Part shown: positions 29,922 to 38,323 of the stretch, piece by piece
Layout: every line of letters starts with the position of its first letter
How positions within the stretch are numbered: the stretch's first letter is position 1
Assembly: GCA_041690595.1 (NCBI GenBank)
Contig: JAWLHB010000025.1
Location: 1 to 64,000, forward strand
Direction of reading: 5' to 3'
Origin: Lentisphaeria bacterium
GTDB lineage: Bacteria; Verrucomicrobiota; Lentisphaeria; JABSQK01; JAWLHB01
Length of the DNA: 64,000 bases
Notes under the pieces: model-generated
Told to the model about the DNA's origin: nothing
The model's input: only the letters and a program-made list of their open reading frames with translations
Databases searched by the model: none
Position numbers and translations under genes: made by a program

Positions 29922-30071
29922 GTGTAGGGGCTCCTGGGTGAAATCTGCATGACCGGTGGATGAGGTAGTGCCCTACCGGCCGACTTATGCCTGGGCAAAG
30001 CCAATGGAAAAAGCTGAAAAGTTGGAAATATACGGCAACGCCGCGCGAAAACAAGGGCACAAGGCCAAAAT

Positions 30072-31148
30072 TCAGGAGAGTATGGTGGAGCTGGCGACTG
30101 CCTGGATTCGCTCCAGCCACGCCTTGCCCTCGTCGATCGACGACACCGTGTGCTTGAAGATGAAGCGCGTTCCTTCCGGCGCCGCGCGCATGAGCTCCGC
30201 CTCCTCCTCTTCCGAGAGCCAGCAAAGAACATGAACCGGCGCCTCGGGTCCGCCGAAATGCTCCAGAAGGGGAAGGTACCCCTGCTTCGACTTGACCCGA
30301 TTGAACCCATAAAAGTTGGGGATCTTGCGGAAGCTTCCAAACTGATGCTCCGCAGCCGCGCAGCAATGCATGCCGAGGCTCCCGAAGATGGTCGAGAGAT
30401 CGACCAGCTCCGGCAGGCAGAAACGCTCGAATAGCGCCGGACCGAAGGCCCCGCACTCGTCATTCGAAAGCCATGGACCAAGCTCCGGCGGCGCCCAGAC
30501 ACCCGGACAGTGGCACGGTTGACACCGCGGAAACTCCCGGCGAAAGGCTAGCAGGAAGCTCTTGAAGAGCCCAGCGCACTTGGCCACCAGCCGCTCGACC
30601 GCCCCCTGCTCCCGCTCGTCGAGCATCGCGCAGAGGAAGCTGGACTTGTCCCAGATGAGCGCCGCCGTATCGAATCCGCTCTGCATGTCGGGCGGCCCAA
30701 GCCAGACATCCTGCCCCAGCTCCTTGCGGGCCGCCTCCGCCAGTTCGAAGATGCGGTAGAGGGTAGGGCAACTCCAGATATCCGGCATCTCCAACCGGTC
30801 GGCCGCCTCCGCGGAATCGACCAGCGGCACCGCGCAGGGATTGTTGTCGTCGTAGCAGTGTACCTTGCATCCGAAAGCAGCCGCGTAGATGTGCGTCCCT
30901 GTACTCAGCTTGACAGTCGGCACCCCATCATCTCCAGTGGCGGTCGACATCTCTACCTCGCGACGATAGTTCTCCGCCAGCCAGGGCAGCCACGCCGTTA
31001 CCGGCTTGCTCGAGATGGTGAAGTCATAGTCCGGATGCTCGGCTATGCCGATGGCCGGCGCTCCGCAGACGAAGCCGAGCTTGGCTTCGCCTTCGCCACT
31101 GTAGATCTTGCGCAGGTGGATTTCGTTGCGGCTGAAGGCTGTCGACAT
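30072..31148 (-). CDS. Uroporphyrinogen-decarboxylase-fold (MtaA-like) protein, divergent
   Basis: Start ATG 31148 with GGAG RBS; AAAFGC, PDMQSGFDTAALI, SNDECG....FERFCLP, GMHCC. Confidence 0.7.
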   Translation of the reverse strand: MSTAFSRNEIHLRKIYSGEGEAKLGFVCGAPAIGIAEHPDYDFTISSKPVTAWLPWLAENYRREVEMSTATGDDGVPTVKLSTGTHIYAAAFGCKVHCYDDNNPCAVPLVDSAEAADRLEMPDIWSCPTLYRIFELAEAARKELGQDVWLGPPDMQSGFDTAALIWDKSSFLCAMLDEREQGAVERLVAKCAGLFKSFLLAFRREFPRCQPCHCPGVWAPPELGPWLSNDECGAFGPALFERFCLPELVDLSTIFGSLGMHCCAAAEHQFGSFRKIPNFYGFNRVKSKQGYLPLLEHFGGPEAPVHVLCWLSEEEEAELMRAAPEGTRFIFKHTVSSIDEGKAWLERIQAVASSTILS

Positions 31149-31161
31149 GGAATTCTCCGGA

Positions 31162-31905
31162 TCAGGTGGTGGATAGCTCGGGCAAGGCTTGAAAGCGTTG
31201 GTGCAGGTCGCGAGCCGGCATTCGCGTCGTGTCCTTGCGGCCGGTGTCGGCCGGGCGCGAATAAGCGGCCTGGTATTGCGCCGCGTAGGCATAACGAGGG
31301 CGCTCGCTCTCGTTGGTCAGCGAGCGATGATACGTGTTGCGATCGAAGATGACGGCATCCCCCTTCTTCATCGCCGCCAGCCTGATGCCATTCTCCGGTT
31401 CGACTACCGCCGTGCGATGTGCGCCGAAGCGGCCCCCGGCTTCCCGTGAAGGCTGACGGCCCAGCAGGTGAGAGCGCGGCGCCACCCAGAGCATCGCCAT
31501 CTCGAGCGAAATGTCGCAGCAGGCAATGAAGATGTTCAGCGCCGATGGAAGGATCAGGCTGTACTGATTGTCCTGGTGCCAGGGCAGACCGCTGCCACCC
31601 CCAGGCGGCACGATCGCCACCATCCCGTAATAGACATGTGCCGGCGCTTCGAAGATCTGCTCTGCCGCCCCAAATACCGACGGCTCCACCAGCAGGCGGT
31701 GCAACTCCGCGTCGCGCATCGGATCGTCGTGCTGGAAGACCATCGGCATCCATGTGCCTCCTCGGCTGGACGGGTCAGGCTCCGGCACATGCGCCAGCAT
31801 GGCGTCGATTGAAGAGGTGGGCACCAGGCCGGATGCCAGGGTGTAGCCTTCGCGATAATACTCGGCGATCTGCTCGTCGCTCAGGGGATGAGGGATGGTA
31901 AGCAT
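31162..31905 (-). CDS. Phytanoyl-CoA dioxygenase (PhyH) family Fe(II)/2OG enzyme
   Basis: YYREGY, PWHQD (HxD), L.VAPRSH, GDAVIF....HRS..N.S..R. Confidence 0.9.
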   Translation of the reverse strand: MLTIPHPLSDEQIAEYYREGYTLASGLVPTSSIDAMLAHVPEPDPSSRGGTWMPMVFQHDDPMRDAELHRLLVEPSVFGAAEQIFEAPAHVYYGMVAIVPPGGGSGLPWHQDNQYSLILPSALNIFIACCDISLEMAMLWVAPRSHLLGRQPSREAGGRFGAHRTAVVEPENGIRLAAMKKGDAVIFDRNTYHRSLTNESERPRYAYAAQYQAAYSRPADTGRKDTTRMPARDLHQRFQALPELSTT

Positions 31906-32016
31906 GTCAGACTCCTGTAGAGAGTGATGGTAATTCGATCATCAAGACCTTACCTTTAGCACCAACTCCACTCCATGAAAATGGACTTTGTAAACGAAAC
32001 CTTGTAGAAAACGATC

Positions 32017-32820
32017 ATGATCTACTTCGATGGTATTCACGTCGGTTCGATTGATCATGTTCCCAGTTGCCACGCCTGGGTTGACCGCGATTTCCCCGAC
32101 AACTGCGCCCTCAACTTTGCCCGTGCCGGGCGCATCCGCCATGGCGTCGATGGCTCCGCCCCGGTCGTGCTGACCGGCCCCGTTGCCTGGTGGACCTTTC
32201 CCGGGCCACGCTTCACTTACGGCGTTGCGCCGGACCAGAGCTGGGACCATTACTACGTCACCTTTCATGGTCCCCGGGTGGACCGAATGCTTGCCGAAGG
32301 CCTGATCCCGCGAAGCGGACCGCTCTGGCTCAGCATCCACCATGCGGAGCGCATGCAGAGCGTCTTCGACTCCTTGATCGATGCCCTTCGTGAACGGCCC
32401 GCCGGGAATCCCAGAGCGGTGCTGCTGCTCGAAGATCTCCTGCTGCAGCTCCATGAACAGGCACTGCCCGAGGAACGCCAGAGCCGACTCGAATGCGATA
32501 TACGGGCTCTCATGCAGCGCTTTCGCGATGATCCCGCCAGCCGCTGTGACCTCAAGCAGGAGGCAAAGCGCATCGGCGTCTCCGATGTCCATCTTCGTCG
32601 CGCCTTTCGCCTGATCGCCGGCCTGCCTCCAGGCCAGTTCCGCATTCACATCGCCCTCGACCACGCGGCAACCCTGTTGCGCACCACCCGTCTTCCCATC
32701 AAGGAGATCGCCGGCCGCATCGGCTATGACGACGTCTATCACTTCACCAAGCTCTTCAAGCAGCGCTTTCGCATTCCCCCCGGCGCCTATCGCGCCGAAA
32801 TGCAGCCCCGCTCCCGATGA
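32017..32820 (+). CDS. AraC family transcriptional regulator
   Basis: Cupin-like N-terminus; C-terminal HTH (IKEIA..IGYDDVYHFTKLFKQRF..PPGAYR). Confidence 0.95.
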   Translation: MIYFDGIHVGSIDHVPSCHAWVDRDFPDNCALNFARAGRIRHGVDGSAPVVLTGPVAWWTFPGPRFTYGVAPDQSWDHYYVTFHGPRVDRMLAEGLIPRSGPLWLSIHHAERMQSVFDSLIDALRERPAGNPRAVLLLEDLLLQLHEQALPEERQSRLECDIRALMQRFRDDPASRCDLKQEAKRIGVSDVHLRRAFRLIAGLPPGQFRIHIALDHAATLLRTTRLPIKEIAGRIGYDDVYHFTKLFKQRFRIPPGAYRAEMQPRSR

Positions 32821-32919
32821 CAGGATCCCCTGACTCCATGATGCGGCGCCCGCCGCAAGTTGCCCCATGCTCGCCAGCATCCTTCCCCTTATTCCTCTTA
32901 TTCCCATTCCTGCCCTTCA

Positions 32920-33054
32920 TTTTTCGATGATATCGTGGAACTGATGCGCGCCAACCTTATCGAACCGGATGACGCACTATTTCGCCGGCTCTGCGGCACG
33001 TACGGAACCGAGACAATCCATCAACGCCTTCGCGAGGCGATGCTTCATGACTGA
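32920..33054 (+). pseudogene. 3' remnant of a putative nucleotidyltransferase-like gene
   Basis: DDIVELMRAN.I....FRRLC..YGT..I reads as the C-terminus of a longer protein; upstream frame is repeat-derived; overlaps next ATG. Confidence 0.4.
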
Positions 33055-33250
33055 AGACGACCTGCCAGACCTGCCGATCGTGACAGGCGAGACGCTGAAA
33101 CCAAAGCTCTTGGGCGCCGAAGCCTATTACCGCCTGCTGCCGAAGCTCGTCCAGTCACTTCCCAATCTCGACCAGTTGCGCGAGCGACGGCTCGAACATC
33201 GACCCGTCCCGGTTCCCTTTGTCTGCCACGAGGATGACCCCGCCGACTGA
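33047..33250 (+). CDS. Small hypothetical protein (67 aa), possible partner in a two-gene TA-like module
   Basis: ATGACTGA overlap with the upstream remnant, GAGG upstream; MTEDDLPDLPIV...PVPF. Confidence 0.5.
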   Translation: MTEDDLPDLPIVTGETLKPKLLGAEAYYRLLPKLVQSLPNLDQLRERRLEHRPVPVPFVCHEDDPAD

Positions 33251-33305
33251 CTACTCCTGCGCGGCCGAACGCCTTCAGCAATCGTCCGACTGGCCCCGAC
33301 AACGT

Positions 33306-33466
33306 GGTTCTCCGAACCGCGACTTGGGTATTGCCATCCCCCCACGTGAACGAAGTTACGCAGTACTTAGCCTCCGCATGCCCGAAAATGTGGGAGGGGT
33401 TCTCCGAACCGCGACTTGGGTATTGCCATCCCCCCACGTGAACGTAGTTACGCAGTACTTAGCCTC
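33306..33466. repeat. 69-bp direct repeat x2 (1 mismatch) with GGTTC-tcc-GAACC hairpin
   Basis: 33306-33374 and 33398-33466, separated by 23 nt; second copy preceded by GTGGGAG. Confidence 0.95.
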
Positions 33467-33512
33467 GACAGGCCCGACAACCTGCTGCTCCTCTACAGGC
33501 GTGTCGAGGTGG

Positions 33513-33725
33513 TCGACCGAATCGAATTGATCGATTAAATCGATTCTGTCGAATCCTTCGAGATCGAGTCCCCTCGTTTGTCTGACCCTCCCGTGTCTCC
33601 GCGTTCCCCGCGTCCCCCTGCTCGTTCTTTGCGATCTCTGCGTTCTTTGTGGTTAATTCCTGCCGCCGCTTGTTCGTCCGTGTTTACCTCCACCGCGCCG
33701 CGTCCCCGCGTCCCCGCATCCACCC
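33513..33725. repeat. Stacked short periodic tracts (TCGA-periodic, ccgcgtcc 8-mers, tctttgcg 9-mers)
   Basis: tcgaattgatcgattaaatcgattctgtcgaatccttcgagatcgag; ccgtgtctccgcgttccccgcgtcccc; ttctttgcgatctctgcgttctttgtggttaa; ccgcgtccccgcgtccccgcatcc. Confidence 0.75.
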
Positions 33726-33741
33726 CGTCTGTTCCAAGCCA

Positions 33742-33754
33742 TGTAAACGTTTTG
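33742..33754. promoter_or_regulatory. Candidate LacI-family operator
   Basis: TGTAAACGTTTTG with perfect AAACGTTT core, just upstream of a -35 box. Confidence 0.5.
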
Positions 33755-33758
33755 AGGC

Positions 33759-33787
33759 TTGAAAATGGAGGCAGATTCTCCTATACT
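33759..33787 (+). promoter_or_regulatory. Sigma70 promoter for the 33848 prepilin-like gene
   Basis: TTGAAA-17 nt-TATACT. Confidence 0.7.
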
Positions 33788-33847
33788 AGCCTTAGTTCAT
33801 GGCAATTCTACAGTTTCGGGTGGTGAAATATCTGGAGGAAATCCATT

Positions 33848-34579
33848 ATGCATGCGAAGGCAGCGAAACGATTTACCTTGATTGAATTGCTTGTGGTCGT
33901 GGCGATTATTGCCATTCTTGCTTCGATGTTGCTTCCCGCGCTGTCACGAGCACGGGACAAGGCTCGCGGTACCGCCTGCATGAACAATCTCAAGCAGCTG
34001 GGCATGATCTTCGATCTCTACGGAAACGACACCGAATATCACATTGCCAGCTACGCCTATTTTCCCCATCCCACCATCAGGATCTGGTGGAACTTCCTCA
34101 CCTGGCACGGACTGCTGACGCCAGAGCTGGGTAGCTCGCTGGACTGCCCCACGCTGACGAAGAACACCTATGACCGCCCGTACGGTCAATACTGGGAGGA
34201 CCATCCCTCCCTCGTCAGTGGCACCAATCCAGAGCGCCTTTCACAGCCGCGCTACGTGTACAACAACTTCACCGCCTTCCTTGTGGATGGCGTCCGTTCC
34301 GGCTTCTATCGCTATGGCAGCATTACCAAGCCGAGCGACTACATTGCCGCTTCGGATCCCGAACCGGTCTGGGGATGGACGCCTCCTCGCTTACCCTATG
34401 CGCTCGATACGCACAGCCAGATGGGCAGGCGCCATGTAGGCAGGGCCAACGTCGTTTATTTCGATGGGCATGCAGGCACTTATACTCCTTTGACGGAATC
34501 CGGCCATCCCTACTGGCGCTACAACATCATGTGGCCGTGGATCGAGCACAACGTCTGGGGAGATGCCAAGCCCAATTGA
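33848..34579 (+). CDS. Prepilin-type N-terminal cleavage/methylation protein, DUF1559-like, H-X9-DG tail
   Basis: [63 protein letters not shown]. Confidence 0.92.
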   Translation: MHAKAAKRFTLIELLVVVAIIAILASMLLPALSRARDKARGTACMNNLKQLGMIFDLYGNDTEYHIASYAYFPHPTIRIWWNFLTWHGLLTPELGSSLDCPTLTKNTYDRPYGQYWEDHPSLVSGTNPERLSQPRYVYNNFTAFLVDGVRSGFYRYGSITKPSDYIAASDPEPVWGWTPPRLPYALDTHSQMGRRHVGRANVVYFDGHAGTYTPLTESGHPYWRYNIMWPWIEHNVWGDAKPN

Positions 34580-36019
34580 TCAGGCGCGATAAAAGGCCGT
34601 GTACCCCTTGTAGGCCATGTAAATGTCGTACTTCCCGGCAACTTCCCACGGGGCATGCATGCTGAGCAGACCGATGCCGCAGTCGATGACGTCGATCTCA
34701 TAACGGGCGAGCATGTGCGAGATGGTTCCGCCGCCGCCCTGATCGACCTTGCCGATCTCTCCCGTCTGCCAGGTCACTTCCGCTTCGTCGAAGATGTGGC
34801 GGATCTCGGCCACATACTCGGCGCTCGCATCGTTGCTCCCGCTCTTGCCGCGGGAGCCGACATACTTCGTCAGCACCAGCCCGTGATTCAGGCGCGCCAT
34901 GTTGTTGTTCGGCGACGACACGTCGCTGTAGTTGGGATCATGCAGAGCGTTCACATCGGCGGAAAGCATCTTGCTGTTCCTCAGTGATCGGCGGCGCGCC
35001 AGATCCTCGTTGCCATCGACGCAAAGGTGAACGATCTCCGCCATGGCATTCTCGAAGAGCGCGGTATCCATGCCGGTGGAGCCGACCGAGCCGATCTCCT
35101 CCTTGTCGCAGAGCAGGCAGAGAGAGGTATGCGGCGGCGTCTTCTTCAGGTCAATGAGAGCGCGGGCGCACGTGTAGGCACTGACCCGGTCGTCCTGCCC
35201 ATAGCCGAGGATCATCGAGCGGTCGAGTCCGAGATCGCGTGCCGGTCCGGCAGGCACCAACGAGAGCTCCGCACTGGTGAAATCCGCTTCCGAGATGCCG
35301 TAGCGCTCATTCAGCAGCGCGAGCACCTGATGTTTGATCGCGGCCGTTTCGCTCTCGCCCTCTTTTTCGGGCATGCTCCCGATCAGCACATCGAGCCCTT
35401 CACCGGTGATCGCCTCGTTCAGCTTCTTTTCAGCCTGATCCTTGCCGAGATGCGGCAGCAGATCGGTGATCACCAGCACCGGATCGCTGGGATCTTCACC
35501 TATGGTGATGGTCATTCGCTCACCGGATTTCTTGACGATCACGCCATGCAGCGCGAGAGGGATGGTGACCCACTGGTACTTTTTGATCCCGCCATAGTAG
35601 TGCGTGTCGAGCAGCGCCATGCCGCCATCTTCGAAGAGGGGACGCGGCTTCAGATCGAGGCGCGGCGAATCCGTATGACCGCCGATGATGCGCAGACCGC
35701 TGGTGATCGGTTCGCTGCCGACGATGCCGAGGATGAGGGTCTTGCCGGCCGAACTGAGGTAGAATCGGTCGCCGGGCTGAAGGCGCTTCTCGGCAGCGAT
35801 GGCGTCGGCCAGATCCCGGAATCCATGCTGCGTCGCCAGGCCAAGCAGGTTGTCGTGTGCCTCGCGTTCCGTCTTCACCTCACTCAGAAAGCGTCGGTAC
35901 TCGTCGCAGAAGGTGAAGACCTTCTTCGCCTCCTTCTCCTTGATTGATTTCCAGCCCGAGGCATTCTTCATCGCCAGTTTGGCGGCTTCGGATTCAGGCT
36001 TCTTGGGCGTACTCGGCAT
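34580..36019 (-). CDS. M18 family aminopeptidase
   Basis: KTERE, HTDSPRLDLKP, HYYGGIKKYQW, GQDDR, DKEEIGS, GGGGTI, SMHAPWE. Confidence 0.93.
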   Translation of the reverse strand: MPSTPKKPESEAAKLAMKNASGWKSIKEKEAKKVFTFCDEYRRFLSEVKTEREAHDNLLGLATQHGFRDLADAIAAEKRLQPGDRFYLSSAGKTLILGIVGSEPITSGLRIIGGHTDSPRLDLKPRPLFEDGGMALLDTHYYGGIKKYQWVTIPLALHGVIVKKSGERMTITIGEDPSDPVLVITDLLPHLGKDQAEKKLNEAITGEGLDVLIGSMPEKEGESETAAIKHQVLALLNERYGISEADFTSAELSLVPAGPARDLGLDRSMILGYGQDDRVSAYTCARALIDLKKTPPHTSLCLLCDKEEIGSVGSTGMDTALFENAMAEIVHLCVDGNEDLARRRSLRNSKMLSADVNALHDPNYSDVSSPNNNMARLNHGLVLTKYVGSRGKSGSNDASAEYVAEIRHIFDEAEVTWQTGEIGKVDQGGGGTISHMLARYEIDVIDCGIGLLSMHAPWEVAGKYDIYMAYKGYTAFYRA

Positions 36020-36127
36020 CTATAAACTCCAGGTGTTTCAGCGAAATTGCGTCACTTCAACGCTTGTCGCGGTTGTGAGATTGCATAAAGCGTCTAATGT
36101 AACATGATTTTCAGCTGCGCATACGTT

Positions 36128-36212
36128 GCGAGAGTGGTGGAATTGGCAGACACGCGAGATTTAGGTTCTCGTGCCTCCGGGTGTGCGGGTTCGAGTCCCG
36201 CCTCTCGCACCA
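36128..36212 (+). tRNA. tRNA-Leu (TAG)
   Basis: GCGAGAG/CTCTCGC acceptor, GGAATTGGCAGAC D-arm, CGAGA-TTTAGGT-TCTCG anticodon arm, long variable arm, GGTTCGAGTCC, CCA. Confidence 0.97.
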
Positions 36213-36287
36213 GCGCATTTGAGGCTGAAGGCCTGGATCCAATTCTCCACATCCAGGGGCTGCATCTTTATCGACTGATGATGTACT

Positions 36288-36299
36288 TGTAACGTTAAA
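36288..36299. promoter_or_regulatory. Candidate LacI-family operator before the GH36-like operon
   Basis: TGTAACGTTAAA with perfect TAACGTTA core about 20 nt before ATG 36317. Confidence 0.45.
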
Positions 36300-36316
36300 C
36301 TTACGGGGCGGCGACG

Positions 36317-38323
36317 ATGGCGATCGAGAAGAGCGGAATGTGCCTGGCGGGCACCGATGGATCGTTCAGCTTGTGCAACCTGCGCCTGCGGTTGCGCACC
36401 AGCCGCGGTACGGCGGTTGTCGCGTATGAACGATCTGAAACGCAGGATACGCTCTCGCGCGGCGAAGCGACGGTCCTCAACCGGTTGCGCGTTTGCACCG
36501 AGGTGAAGCCGGTCGCCGGCGGTAAGGCCATCTCCCTCTTTCACACGCTTGAAAACATCGGCGAATCCCCGCTATGGATTCATGATGCGGCGACGGGCCA
36601 GTTTGGCGAGGACGCCGCGGTGCTCGCGGGCAACACCAATGGATTGGGCTGGGACCTGCGCTTCGCGCACACGGACAATCTTCGCACCGAACGCTATCCG
36701 CACTGCCAGATGGAATATCCCTTTCTGCGCATGCTGCCGGTAGTCCCCACGGTGCTGGGCGCCGGCGAAGATCAACCCTTTCCCGCCCTCTACCTCTGCG
36801 ACGAACGCAGCCGCAAGGGACTCGTCATCGCCGCCGCCAGTCAGGAACTGAACTATCTCGTCTTCGCCATGCAGAAGGGCGCATTCGTCCAGAAAGGGCT
36901 CTTCGACAGCTTCGAGATCCGCCACGATTTCGCACAGTCCGGCGGCCTGCAGATCGAAGCGGGCGCACGTGTCACTCTGGATGGTCTCTACCTGCAACTG
37001 ACCGATGGCGTGGATCTGAATGATCTGTACGTCGACTACTTCGCCTTCCTGGCCGAGCAGCACACCTTCCGCGGCCCGCGGACGCCCCTCCTGACCGAGG
37101 CCATGCATTGCACGTGGAACTATGGCGTCTTTGCCGATCAGCGCCAGGAACCCCTGCTGAAGACGGCACGCTTCATCGCCGACAACGTGCCGGGCATCAA
37201 ATGGTTCCTGATGGATGCCGGATACCTCACCGGAAAGAGCGCCGGCACCTTTCTTCACTGCTTCTATCCGGATCCCAACCAGCACGTCAGGGAGGAGAAC
37301 TTCCCCAACGGCATTGCCGGCTATGCGGCGGAGGTGCGGCGACTCGGCCTTCGGCCCGGCATCTGGTGGTCACCGACTGTCCATGTCGACAGCGACCTCT
37401 ATCGGGATCATCCAGACTGGTTCATGCGCTCCACCGACGGCAGCATCTACCTGATCGGCGAGAAGCACGCCTACCTCGATTATTCGCATCCCGCTGCGCT
37501 CGATTTCCTCGACCGCACCCTGGCGGTGATCCTTGGGGAATGGGGCATGGATGCCTGCAAGATGGACTTCTGGAGCCAGAATTTCGAAGACCGCGACATC
37601 CGTCTCCACGATCCGACCCAGTCGGTGATACAGGTGCGGACCCGCTTCTTCGAGACCATTCGCAAGCACTTGCCCGAGGACGGCATCTTCATGACCTGCG
37701 TCGCCGTCGGCATGGGCAATCCCTTCATCGGCCAGCACGCCGATACCTATCGGAACACCATCGACATCGGCGTCGGCGTCTGGAAAGAGCAGATCTACAA
37801 CTGCGCCTGGGCTCTGCCGACTCTCACCCTCGAAGGACGCAAGACCTTCCTGCTCAACAACGACAGCGTCGGCGCCAACCTCGAGGCCCCGGAGAATGAA
37901 AACCTCTTCCGCTTCACCTGGAGTTTCATGCATCAGGGCATGATCGAGACCGGTGGGCGCATGGAAGAATGGCCGGAAATCTACGTCGAGGCCATGCGGC
38001 GTTGCACCAGCCACATCGATCGCGGCCATCCCGTTCGCTGCATCGATCCGCGCGCCTTTACCGGCAAGCCCTTTCCCCAAGTGCTCATGATCGACTATCC
38101 TGCCGACAGCAGCACCCGTCGGCGTGGCGTCCGCAAGCACATCGCCCTCTTCAACTGGGATGACAGCAGTCAGGTCGTTGGCGCTGCCAACGACCAGCTC
38201 GGGCTGGAGCGTGAAACGCAAGCACGCGATTTCTGGACCGACGAGGTGCGCCGGTTCGGGGCCGACGGCATCTGCGAACTGCTGCCGCCGCGCAGCGCCC
38301 GCCTGTACGAGATCCTGTCATGA
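36317..38323 (+). CDS. GH36/GH27-clan alpha-galactosidase-like glycoside hydrolase
   Basis: CTWNY, WFLMDAGY, FPNGI, GLRPGIW, HPDWF, LDYSHP, KMDF nucleophile motif. Confidence 0.8.
   Translation: MAIEKSGMCLAGTDGSFSLCNLRLRLRTSRGTAVVAYERSETQDTLSRGEATVLNRLRVCTEVKPVAGGKAISLFHTLENIGESPLWIHDAATGQFGEDAAVLAGNTNGLGWDLRFAHTDNLRTERYPHCQMEYPFLRMLPVVPTVLGAGEDQPFPALYLCDERSRKGLVIAAASQELNYLVFAMQKGAFVQKGLFDSFEIRHDFAQSGGLQIEAGARVTLDGLYLQLTDGVDLNDLYVDYFAFLAEQHTFRGPRTPLLTEAMHCTWNYGVFADQRQEPLLKTARFIADNVPGIKWFLMDAGYLTGKSAGTFLHCFYPDPNQHVREENFPNGIAGYAAEVRRLGLRPGIWWSPTVHVDSDLYRDHPDWFMRSTDGSIYLIGEKHAYLDYSHPAALDFLDRTLAVILGEWGMDACKMDFWSQNFEDRDIRLHDPTQSVIQVRTRFFETIRKHLPEDGIFMTCVAVGMGNPFIGQHADTYRNTIDIGVGVWKEQIYNCAWALPTLTLEGRKTFLLNNDSVGANLEAPENENLFRFTWSFMHQGMIETGGRMEEWPEIYVEAMRRCTSHIDRGHPVRCIDPRAFTGKPFPQVLMIDYPADSSTRRRGVRKHIALFNWDDSSQVVGAANDQLGLERETQARDFWTDEVRRFGADGICELLPPRSARLYEILS

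Noticed and set aside
33306..33466. Mini-CRISPR (repeat-spacer-repeat)
   Set aside because: The 69-bp repeat is too long, there are only two copies, and no leader or cas genes are present.
22710..36212. Integrative element or prophage at tRNA-Cys or tRNA-Leu
   Set aside because: No integrase, phage genes or duplicated tRNA 3' ends were seen, and core genes (rplU, aminopeptidase) lie in between.
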